Both the position numbers and the translations under genes were made by a program. This document shows positions 42,201-53,304 of a stretch of DNA of 64,000 nucleotides, piece after piece. The notes beneath the pieces were generated by a model, which was not told the DNA's origin, did not search any database, and was given only the letters and a program-made list of their open reading frames with translations. This DNA comes from Bispira polyomma (taxonomy: Eukaryota). The stretch spans positions 35,712,001 to 35,776,000 of the forward strand of contig OZ287754.1 of assembly GCA_965649765.1 (NCBI GenBank). The letters are read 5' to 3'. How positions within the stretch are numbered: the first letter of the stretch is position 1; the number at the start of each line of letters is the position of its first letter.

Positions 42201-42623
42201 AAAGACAATTAACCCTTATTCTTAGTAACGTAAACACAAATTAGTAACGTAAACACAAAAAAAGGATTACGGGTAACCACGTTGTGTGTGCCGGAGCTTC
42301 TCAGAAACTACACAATTTTTTCTTTGTGGCCTTAAACTCGATTTATGGATAACATATTTACTTTTTTATGACTAGAAATAATAAAAAATGATATATATTT
42401 TAATTATATACTAATTTATATATTTTACGTATCATTTTAAGGTATCTTAAGACATACAATACACATATAGCAGTATGTAAAATTGGGTAACTAGAATGGG
42501 TAATATTTTCAAAGTACATGCTTCACAAACGTGACACAATTCATATACCAAGCAGGGATCAATACTGAAGTATTATACACGACTAGAAAAAGGAAAACTC
42601 AGCATTATTTTGAATGAATTCCT

Positions 42624-43017
42624 CAGTGCCCTATTTGACCTTGAAGTGATGATAACTAAATAAGAGAATAACCTTGGGATAATTAGTTTATTCTATGTTA
42701 ATCTACTTTATATACAGAACTGAAGACTAAGCCCACCGGGTTTAAGGTTGTCATAAGTGACAGCTTAAACTGAGATTAAGAAAGTTTAAGTTAAGGTTAC
42801 CCTAACGTGAGATTAAGTTTCCGAGTATAAGGTCATCTTAATTTAAGATGCCAAGTTTGAGTTTAAGGCCATCTTAACTTGAAGATGGTGTTTTAAGTTT
42901 AGGTTAACCTTAAATAGAGTTTTTATTTTATTTGAATTTTGAGTTTGTGATACAGGAGGGCTTAGCCTTGATAACATGAGTATATTATTTTATGTATATT
43001 TTCAAGTAAAACAACAC
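42624..43017 (-). repeat. Split direct repeat B2 (394 bp)
   Basis: Matches 44021-44413 with 3 substitutions and a 1-bp indel by eye. Confidence 0.96.
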
Positions 43018-43827
43018 ATTAATATAGTTAGAATAAAGCAGTAACATGAATAAAGTGTAAAAGAGTGTAAAGTAAAAAAAAAAATAAAAGCAACCCTGTT
43101 CTAGCTAAAAGACTAAAAAATAAACTAAAAGCACATCTAGTTTAGAGTCCCGTGAATCCTTATGTGATGTACCACTAACTTACTCAGCCTTACTCGCTAG
43201 CCTAATGCCAGCCCTTGTTACATACGCAGAGGTTGCAAATCGAATAAATCGAGTTACAATTTGTACATTAAGGTATTTGCTGCACTTGATCTTGTGAGTA
43301 GATGGATCAGTGAGGCTTGATTGCTGATAGACACAGAGCCTTTGTATGGACCATTGTTCCATGCAATCTGAAACTATACACTAACGGTTAGACGTGTTCA
43401 TTGTGTGAGGGCAGCCTGTGCCTTTACTTTTTGTACATATACATTTACAACATTCTTTGACATTTAAATCATGAAATACAATACTGAAAACATTAATGTG
43501 AAATACAATTTGTGAAGAGGTTATATCTTCTCCTGGCTGCAGCTATAAAAGAAAGAGGGTCCCATTAAGGGGGCTGGTGGTAAACCAGTCAAGGGTTGGA
43601 GACAGCAAGGAGGGACTCCTGAGGGACCCCAAGGAGGCACCGAGGTGAAAGACTGCAGTCGAGCTATGCTGCTGACAGGTCAAAGCCCCGCCCCGGCACC
43701 CCCCCGCCCCCCCCTGTACATGAGGGCGTGAAGTGGAAGAACAGGAGCCCCAACTTGCGCAGCTTGCTCCCGGACGACGCTATAGCTGAAAAACAGGCGT
43801 AAGTAGGGGATGAGGGTGGGAACAAAA

Positions 43828-44020
43828 TGTATATATTAAAAATGGCGTCCTGCCTTGTTGACTTTAAGCTTAATAATGAACCCCTTAGCTATATGGCGGG
43901 AATTCTTGCCTTAATTGGGTTAATTAGCACCAATCATTTCTGAGGTCACCAGGACAAGAATGGTTTTAATAAAAGGTCTTACTAGCACTGACCCTGCTAG
44001 CCCCTCCGGGCTACCTTACA
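43828..44020 (-). repeat. Split direct repeat A2 (193 bp)
   Basis: Identical by eye to 49302-49494. It abuts B1 and so reproduces the circle junction. Confidence 0.96.
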
Positions 44021-44413
44021 CAGTGCCCTATTTGACTTGAAGTGATGATAACTAAATAAGAGAATAGCCTTGGGATAATTAGTTTATTCTATGTTAATCT
44101 ACTTTATATACAGAACTGAAGACTAAGCCCACCGGGTTTAAGGTTGTCATAAGTGACAGCTTAAACTGAGATTAAGAAAGTTTAAGTTAAGGTTACCCTA
44201 ATGTGAGATTAAGTTTCCAAGTATAAGGTCATCTTAATTTAAGATGCCAAGTTTGAGTTTAAGGCCATCTTAACTTGAAGATGGTGTTTTAAGTTTAGGT
44301 TAACCTTAAATAGAGTTTTTATTTTATTTGAATTTTGAGTTTGTGATACAGGAGGGCTTAGCCTTGATAACATGAGTATATTATTTTATGTATATTTTCA
44401 AGTAAAACAACAC
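44021..44413 (-). repeat. Split direct repeat B1 (393 bp)
   Basis: Copy of 42624-43017. Confidence 0.96.
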
Positions 44414-44423
44414 CAAACCCAAC

Positions 44424-45413
44424 TTAGGAAGTAGGGAGAGAAAGCAAGTTTTGAAAAGCCAGGGCTACTTTGTCTGAGGCGTTATGATCTGTTGTTATGT
44501 ATTTCCAGACACACTCAGATGTCCAAGTGCCATGGCTTTGAATTTCTTGTAGAGGGACATGGTTATTGAAAGCCAGGGTGGCAGCTGATCGTCTGAAATC
44601 ATGAAAGGCAATTGGGGATTGATTTAAACTGAGTCTTGACAAATTTTGCTTTAGGTTATGTCTTATTTTTGAATCTGTGAGAGGCCCCCATCCATTTGCT
44701 GCCTTAAACTGAAACAGAGGTGAATTATTTGAGCCTGGACAAATGGCAAGAAGGTTTCTTATGGCTGCCACTGGGCACAAGACTGAGTTGTGTATGCGTG
44801 GAACTTTAAGAATTTTGATTGAATTTCTGTTTTGGAGAGTCTTGGACCACTTAATAATAAGTTGAAGCCCCGGGGGTGCAAATAACACATCAGCCCTGGC
44901 CAACTGTTCTAGCGGATTGTAGGTAGCCACCGTGTGTGGGACCAGGTTAGAAATCCTTAGAAAGGAAAAAAAAGGCTAGTAGATAGGCTGCCTTAAACAC
45001 CTGGCCCATGTACATTGAATCACAGGTTTGTACTATTTGAGTTAGCAGGGAGATGTCAATGACTTTATTGATTTTAGCTTTGAAAGGTCTTTGTAGAATC
45101 ATTGCTTTTTCAAAGTATTTTATACGTGGATCTGCAAATGGACTTGTGTCAATGCCATATAGGCTAAGCTTTGCTTTTATAGCGGACAAATAGTTGACAA
45201 TTGATGGCTGGGATACTTTACTGGCTAATAGAACCTGCAGAAATGAAAGAACAAATAAAACTGAAATCTGTGTCAAATCGACGCCTACAAATACTGTGTA
45301 AGCAATAAAAACCTTGAACATATTTTGGTAGGCCTGCTGAGTGGCAGGCCTGAAGGCTTGATGGGCTGTGTGAGCCGCTTGACCTGCTAGCCGACGCACC
45401 AAGGGGGGTAAAT
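44424..45413 (-). CDS. Tyrosine recombinase (YR) of element d; one frameshift in a homopolymer near 44970
   Basis: ORFs 44947-45402 and 44424-44930 join via FLRISNL (catalytic Arg). HDFRR (HxxR) and HGTWTSECVWKY (W...Y) are present. Confidence 0.92.
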
Positions 45414-45423
45414 CTGAAATAAA

Positions 45424-47867
45424 TTATATACTCCAGTCAATTGCCAACATTTGATCTGGGACCGTCACCCAGCATGGGTCTGTTACTAATTGCTGTAATA
45501 TATTTTCTGGGTGACTGACCTTGTGCCACCTAGATAACAAATCTGCTGTTACATTAAGTTTGCCTAAGATGTGGACTGGCCTGATATTAATGTCAGCTTT
45601 GGCTACTTCCATAAAAATGTTGCGTGCAATTGCTGCCAGGGTTAGATCTCTGGTTTTGCCTGAGTTAAGAATTGTTACTACCGCTTGGTTATCACAGTGA
45701 ATGACCAGTTTTTTGCCTTGCCATATATCTTGCCACACTCTTAGGGCTACTAATATATTCAGCATTTCTAGATGCACTATGGTCATATCTAAGTAATTGA
45801 GAGGAAGTTCCTTTGTGTACACTATGTTATTACATCTGCCACCCAGACCCGTTAAGCATGCGTCTAGTTCAATATGGTCAGTGACCGGGCTATGGTCGAA
45901 GAATGCTTTGCCATTGAATTTGCCTACAAATTTTGTGAACCAATTTAGATCTTGGAAAAAGAGGAACTCAAGCCTAATTTGTTTTGTGTCATGAGCGTTA
46001 CGCAAGACGTCGAGCATTCTATTTAGAAACACTCTGGCGACCCTTACGCACTTGGATATGTAGAGAAGCGAGCCCAGCAGTGATTGTAATTCTCTTTTGG
46101 AGCAATGCTTTTTATCTACCCAGGTTTCGCATATTTGAATAATTAGGCTTAATTTTGCAGGTGGAACTTCCTCTGTAAAGTTTTTTGCGTCAATAAGGAC
46201 TCCAAGACAAGTTACTCTGCTGGTCGGAGGGACGAGCTTTTTTGCACTATTCGCGAAACCTAGATCTTTGACCAGTTCCTGCAAAGTTTTATAGGCGTCA
46301 TGGACGTCAGGTGCGTTGCCATACCCAATGACGTCGTCGATATAGTTGACGACGTCATAGCCTCTGACGCGCATCATGAAACGCATTGCGTCACTGAGGC
46401 GCTGAAAAAGAGCACTTCCGTGCCTGTAGCTAAATGGCAGGCACGTATCTACGTAGTATTCGTTTAGTTTGAGACCTAGTAAGTCGTATTCTGCTGGGTC
46501 TAGCTTAATGTGGCGAAACGCACGACTTATGTCTAGCTTATAGATAAGGGCATTTCTGCCCAGTTTTATGATCTCGTTGGTGACATCGTCAATGGTGGGA
46601 AGTGTTAACAAAAATTTTGAGCCAAGGTATTGATTTGGATGTATAGCTGCGTTAACTGATTGACCCCGAGGAAAGCTTAAATCTATAATAACCCTTCTGT
46701 GAGGGGCGCCAGGTTTTTCCCTCGTCATAAACGGGGATATATGTAAATCCTTGATCGGGGGTTCTTTAAAAGGGCCTAATATGGCACCATGATTTTTCTC
46801 TTCAGTCAGGTAAGCTTTAACGTCATCTGTGAACTCACACGCCGAGAGGTGATTTTGATCTTTATGTGCTAATTTACAAGTCCTGTCAAAGTCAAGGGGA
46901 AAACCATACTGGATTAAAAACGGTAATTGGGTGTCCCAATAACCCTTTAGGAGTTCTTTCCAGCGCACGTGGTTAAGTTCCGACTCGACAGTGAATTGCT
47001 TGTTCATAAAATTGAATTTATTGCTGTCTTTTATTTCTTTGTGGAGCTGCAGAGCTGAAAATTTATGCTCGTTTCCTTGATCAGTTGGGGGGTTTTTTAA
47101 GGGGCCCAGAGGAATATAACCAAATTTGGCCCGATTTTGACTATTCCATTTTTGAAAAGTTTCATCAGTTTAGCCTTGGCTAGTACTTCCCTATGCCGAG
47201 GTTTTACCTGTAATTGAAGGTTGTATTTGTCGTCGTGTGTGTCAGCAGAATAAGTAATTATTTTGCCTTTGTGTAATGGGCTAGAAGTGACACGAGTGTC
47301 ACAATCAGGGATATCACACTCAATGACGGATAGAAGGGGGTCAAATCGGTTGCGGAGCTTGACTCCATTGTGTTGCTTGATTGGTATTTTACCACTAGAG
47401 GATTTGTCAACCTTTCCATCCTTAGTATTTGATTCTACTGTGGACCCAGCACACAATGCTGTTTTATTCTTGACACCTTTTTGGCTACACACACTTGTAG
47501 CTCTGAATGGGCTAGTAGAATCTGACCGTACACATTTATTTTTATTTACACTATACACACTATTAGGGTGACTGCTGGGGAGAGTTTTGACCTTCGGAAA
47601 GCTTTTGTTTTTATTTGTTTTGACTTGAAATTGGCTGTTTGCTTTAATGACATTTAGGGGTTTTTGCTGCACAACTTGTGCATAGGATTTATGTACAAAC
47701 CTGGCCCAGTCTGCCCTCCAGTTGTCACTCCTACCATTATATACATGAGAATTATGAATGTTTCTTACAGAGGTGAAACGTGTTCTGCTCTGATAGTCAC
47801 TACATTTGTCAGTCTTATTGTAATTCTTGAGCGGCACTGCAGTTTTGCAGTGCCTTACTCGTTTTTT
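45424..47867 (-). CDS. Pol (reverse transcriptase + RNase H) of element d; one frameshift near 47170
   Basis: A 527-aa open core has RVIIDLS, KLDISRAF, YIDD, DACLTGLGG, HLEML, CDNQ and ADLLSR. An upstream extension (FGYIPL) runs back to the gag-end slippery site. Confidence 0.95.
47833..47867 (-). promoter_or_regulatory. Predicted -1 programmed ribosomal frameshift signal (gag to pol)
   Basis: A_AAA_AAC at 47867-47861, a 6-nt spacer, then a perfect 9-bp stem GGCACTGCA-AAAC-TGCAGTGCC. Confidence 0.8.
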
Positions 47868-48911
47868 GCATTGTTTTTCCTTCTGCAATCTTTTTCCGAA
47901 TGTGGGAGATTTTTGCCTAGAGCAGAGCACGTTGCACAAACATGGGAACAGTCTACCAGCCGTCTCATGGTCCCCTTTTTGAGGACATGTACCTTTCTGA
48001 AAGTAAATACACGGCATACCTCTTTTACTGTTACTTTTGTTTTGACCCTGGGAATGTGAAACAGCATGCAAATTTGATCCCCTTTGAGCATGAGCTCGTC
48101 GAATTCTGTCAATTTTTTGGGTTTCGAGCCAATTCACCTTGCCCTCCTCCATCTTACACAGGAGGACAGCATGGCTGCCTTTGGCAGCATTCTAACCAAA
48201 GTCGTGGCAATCTTCCATTACCTCAGACATGTATTCAAGCATTGCGTTTCTTACCTGGAGGTTAGTTTCTTCCCTTATTATGGTACTAAACCCAGATACC
48301 CATTGCGCCATAGACAAATTGTCATATGACATACGAGTTTTAGTTTGTCCGCCCAAAATAAAGTTTTGTGGCCACGGTACTTGTTGCCTGACTCAAACAG
48401 TCTCTGTTCCCCCCCTTTGTGACTTGAAATTACCTGTTTGGTTCATCTGTTGTAAGTCCTTCAGTCTGGTGTCCACAGCTCTCTGCAGTTGATCCGATTG
48501 TCTGAGGGTCTGGAGTGACGGTACCATGAGGTCATCTAACTCTGTGGTCCAGCGGGTCTGCTGCCTGCCATAATCTGTCGTGTGCAAGGGGTTAACTGGC
48601 TGAGGTAGGCTCGTTGACTGAGCACTTGAGAGTGAATGTTCGTTTATCACAGGTACAGCTGATGCTCTCTGAACTGCATTAACTTTAGACTGTCCATCAG
48701 TTTCCACCCTCTTTTCAACTACCGACATCCTGCTTCCTAGATCTTTAAGCTCTTGGAGTATTCTCAAGTTTACCTCCGCTGCCGACAGAGCAGAGTCACT
48801 AGCATTATCTTCAGTACTAGTGTCGACGTCCTGCCAGGGACAGTTCGCGTTAATAGGTCTAGTATGCTTAGTGCCACATGCCGAACAGTTGTATAGTTTA
48901 CGGGGTGCCAT
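47855..48911 (-). CDS. Gag-like ORF1 of element d; in-frame TGA (48393-48395), TAG (48192-48194) and a frameshift near 47945
   Basis: N-terminal CSACGTKH..C, central WPQN...YDNLSMAQWVSGF...MEEGKVNW, and a C-terminal Cys/His knuckle CIYFQKGTC..H..HVCATC..H..C. Homologous pieces occur in five other copies. Confidence 0.85.
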
Positions 48912-49301
48912 CCCTCGTGCAGCTCATATAGAGTTACCTTATTACAGTTTCTAGTCCAAAATTCCGTGGGTTATAGTCTTTCCACTGTCAATGTTTATAT
49001 CTAATTTCACTGAAAGATAATATACACAATCGTGCTTTGATAATTGCGGATATTTGGGCTTGTGGTTTTTCTAATATAATTTAGAAGACGATTAAATATT
49101 AATGAACTGAGAACGTCCCTTAACAAGTTGCCCCCACAATAAAGCCAGAGCAATATTCGCATTTATCAAAGCATTTGATTCCTAGAAACACTCCAGTAGG
49201 ATGGCTGCGTCTTCAGTTGGTCATCTAGTACATTCCTTGCTGATTCGGCTTCAGGTTATTACATTAAAGTCCAAAAAAAAAAAACACACAGTAAAACAAA
49301 G

Positions 49302-49494
49302 TGTATATATTAAAAATGGCGTCCTGCCTTGTTGACTTTAAGCTTAATAATGAACCCCTTAGCTATATGGCGGGAATTCTTGCCTTAATTGGGTTAATTA
49401 GCACCAATCATTTCTGAGGTCACCAGGACAAGAATGGTTTTAATAAAAGGTCTTACTAGCACTGACCCTGCTAGCCCCTCCGGGCTACCTTACA
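49302..49494 (-). promoter_or_regulatory. Split direct repeat A1, probable element promoter
   Basis: Identical to A2. It contains ATTGG (CCAAT box), TTCCCGCC (E2F-like) and CGCCATTTT (YY1-like) motifs upstream of gag. Confidence 0.75.
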
Positions 49495-50711
49495 TTTACA
49501 ATAAAAGCACAAAAACGGAGATAGAAAAAGTTAAAAGTTTCACCCTTCTGAACAGAATGATGTTTTGTATTCTTAATTTTTATAAAATAAGGAAACATAT
49601 GAAAAAATGTAAATCATTCAAAATAATATATATGTTTTTTAAAGTTGTTTAGCGTATATATTGTGTTCATATATGCTAGATCAATACTCGTATTGTGTCA
49701 CAATAGAAAGAGCTCTCTGCAAAAAATGTTTATAAATATGACGTTCCCCCATAGATTTCAAAATGTGTGACGTCACAATACAAGAATCGTTTTATAGGTG
49801 GTTATATAGTTTTTTAGAAAAGTATTATAGTTTTAAATTGTCTGGGTATATGAAAATAGGTAAAAACCTTGCTAAAGAATCGTTTTATGGATGCCATTGT
49901 GTGTATATGAGAGAAAATGACTAGCGCAAATGCAGTATGATTTATCGGCGACGTATTTGTGTGTTTACGTTACTAAAGCCTTAGGCCACTTTAAAATGAT
50001 TTATTTTTAGCTGTTTTATAATGCAACTATCAGGGAACTATTATGTTGTGCCATGACAAGGCTTCAGAGGAGTAGGTCAGTGGCTGGACACTGGCTAACT
50101 TGATGAATACTAGCTAACAACAATATGCAGTTTGGTGTTCTTTTTTCATATAAGTAATTATTTCATTATCATTTGTACTTATTTCTAGAAACATAAGCAG
50201 AAATTTATCCAACTAAAAATACAGTAACATGAGCCTGAGCAATAAATCCAGGGAAAACGTAAAATATTAACAAATAAAAAGAGCATAGTTTTCTCCAATT
50301 TTCGGGCCATTCTCAGACTACAAAATTTGTATTTTAAAGTTAAAAGTAAATGAAGCCAGGTCATTGTGTAATTGTAAAATCCGGAGTAGAGTCCTACTCT
50401 AACCACTGTGTACAGCCTTTACATCTATAAAGGGAGGTAGTCCTATTAAAGCATTACTTGAAAACACGCAGAGCCTTTGATGTTTTTTCCACGTAAGCTC
50501 CTAGAACAAAGAAATTCTGGTATGTGAGCTCTAGGTATGTAGCATGTTAACCATTCCACAAAGCCCTTGCATATTAGAGTCCTATGACGTCACCGTAACT
50601 TAGATAGAGGCCTTGGTGCACTGCGTAGTGTAGAGACATTTCTAAGTTAAAGTTTGAGAGGATTCATTTGAATCAAAGACTTATCCTTACAATAAATTGG
50701 TCTTAGAATGG

Positions 50712-51085
50712 TTTGGTTTATTCAGTCTGGGTTATTCAGTCTGTGGTTTAGTCAGTCTTATGGTTTAGTGAGTCTATGGTTTATTGAGTATGTGGATTAT
50801 TAAGTCTTTGGATTATTGATTCTTTGGTTTATTGAGTCTTTGGATTATTGAGTCTTTGGTTTATTTAGTCTTTGGTTTATTGGGTCTATGGTTTATTGAG
50901 TCTGTGGTTTTTTGAGCCTTTGGTTTATTGAGTCTTTGCTTTATTGAGTCTGTGGTTTAGTCAGTTTGTGGTTTATTTAGTCTGGGTTTATTCAGTCTGG
51001 AGTTTATTTAGTCTGGGGTTTATTCTGTCTGGGTTTATTCAGTCTGGAGTTTATTTAGTCTGGGGTTTATTCAGTCTGAGTTTAT
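50712..51085. repeat. Degenerate 15-17-bp tandem repeat (TTTATTGAGTCTTTGG-like)
   Basis: More than 20 imperfect units are visible. Confidence 0.9.
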
Positions 51086-53304
51086 CGAAAATAACTGTAT
51101 ATATGTTGGGCAGGTGTCCTTACAATCACACTACATTATGCAAAATGCATTAAAACATGTTACTGAGAAAACATGCATTAAAGTGTACAGCTTTTACCTC
51201 ATCCATGCTAATAAGATAAAAAATTTTTTAAGTATGTATAGTTTTGTTACAGTTTAAGATTTTGTAATTATTGTGATCTAAACCAAACAATCTGTGTCAG
51301 TAAAATATTAAATCTTTAGCGGAAAACTGAATAGGAAATATATCATGCTTTAGAAATCTGTTTAAGTAGGCAAGAAGTAGTTCTTAATAATTGTAAAAAA
51401 ACTGCATCAAAAAGTCACACCAGCAAAAGAAAAAGCTTTTGGAAAAGACATCTCTATATGAGACTAATTAGCTGCATATTAAGAAAGGTCATTTAATGAT
51501 GGTGGTGTGATTTATTTAAACAAGATAACGTAATCAGATAATCAATACATTGCTTTGTTAATAAAGATTGCGCTGTTTAACAGTTCTGTCGCATTCCTTG
51601 GAAAAATCGGACAGAATTTCTTCATCAAGGACACAGCAGAAAAATGCTTTCTATGTCAATGTATTTAATTTATTAAAGAGCATTATGTAGCACCAAAATT
51701 GCTGAATGCATCCTCTAAGGTGTTTGGTCTCATAGCTGGTGTACGTCCTCACTACTCGATAATGACATGTCCACTCCTTGTCCAATGGTGTTACTTGTAG
51801 TAACCAGTATTACAAGGAGTGGGACTGGGGATATTCTGATCACTGGACCAAGTCTCAAACAACTTAGCCATTACAGACATATGGTTATGGAAATAGAAGT
51901 GCGTCATTTGCAAGGACTCTATTGTTAAAATAATATTGTTCTCCATTCTTATTGTATTGTTGTATTTGAAAAGATCATTAGTTAAGAGAAATCTGTTTGT
52001 TCTCACAAACTTCGCATCGTTAATCACTTACAGGATGTCTCTACATGACTATATATGAAACAATACAGATCATAACTATAAATGACTTAGTGTAGAAATG
52101 TATTTTCATCTGATAGTCAAAGTAATGAAAATAGATACAAAGTACAATTTATAGATTTTCCTAGGATATTCTTTCCAATTATCTCGTTGAACCTACAGAA
52201 CCCCCCACATGCCTCTGTGGCCTGTCATTACTGTAAATCTGTACCTTTAAATTAAATCTTTAAAACTCTTGACACAATAGCATCATCAGCTTGGCCAAAA
52301 TAATGTACTTTTTAGAGCAGGAAGAGACTTGTGTGAGGAGCATTGCTGAAGCAGTAATTAATACATTGTACATTCAGTTTAAAAATGTTTATATGTTTAA
52401 ATATTGTGTGATTTCGCTTTGTTTTATATGTCGTGACAGAAACTCCAATCTGACAAGATTTGAAATTCTGTCAACAGAAACTTAAATTAGAGTCTGTCGA
52501 CAGAAACTCCAATTGCAATCTCTGTCGACAGAATTACAAATCTTTAAAATTATTTAATATTAATAATAATATTTATATATCCAGCATAATATTATACAAT
52601 ACACTGATGTTACAATGGGTGCTGAAAAGGAATGTCTGAAGCTATACAACTTATTGTATCACATTCCCCGCTTTTAAAAAAAAAAATAATAAAGTAAAAA
52701 AAAAAAAATAAATAAAAAATAAAAAAAAAGGAACAACAGTTTTCTTTCTAAAGTTGATCAAAGTGTAATAATTTATTCCAGAGTATAACAGTAGTACCTT
52801 AAAATGGCCTTCATGAATTATTATAATTTACATAACAAAAACAAAAGTTTAGTGAAAATTCGTATTGATTAACATGATTATAAAGGGGTATGTATTATGT
52901 ACTTTAACAGTCGTGCTTCATTAATGTACAAATCAAATATGCTGTCTACATTTTAGTAAAGCCATAGCAAAGTGTTGTTCACGTTTTGGGGTTCATTTGT
53001 TTGTTTACTTGTAGCCTGTAAGTTAGATCAGAGCTACGAATCTATCCTCATCTACATACATAAAATAATTCCCATAATTGTATGGACAATTTACAGAAAC
53101 AAGACCATAAGATAAATTATTGAAAGGCTTAACAAATTTATAACACTTTCTGCAGGAATAACTAAACAAATAGGATAAAATCTATATAATTGTCAAACTC
53201 ACTTGGTCATTTTATGTCTGACATCAATTTAGAAATATGGCCAGGGTAAAATGCTCAATAGATAAACAAAAATAAACAAAAACATGTTTGGTTAAAAAAC
53301 TCAC

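Larger units (their letters stand above)
42624..49494 (-). mobile_element. Near-complete tyrosine-recombinase retrotransposon d (DIRS order, Ngaro/PAT-type split direct repeats), 6871 bp
   Basis: Order on the minus strand: A1, gag, RT/RNase H, YR, B1, A2, spacer, B2. There is no TSD and no methyltransferase domain after RNase H. Confidence 0.96.
42222..49980. mobile_element. Non-autonomous Kolobok-like TIR element, copy 1, split into 42222-42623 and 49495-49980 by the Ngaro-like insertion
   Basis: Termini are TTAGTAACGTAAACACA and TGTGTTTACGTTACTAAAGCC. Both halves match the reverse complement of 59311-60191. Confidence 0.8.

Noticed and set aside
43540-43830. Self-cleaving ribozyme in the GC-rich spacer
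   Set aside because: No hammerhead (CUGANGA/GAAA) or HDV core could be assembled by eye.
47097-48152. 351-aa ORF as a single real protein
   Set aside because: It is a chimera. An indel near 47945 moves gag into the pol frame; the true gag end is in ORF 47855-48112.
47263-48492. Several plus-strand ORFs
   Set aside because: Antisense shadows of gag and pol with no recognisable motifs.
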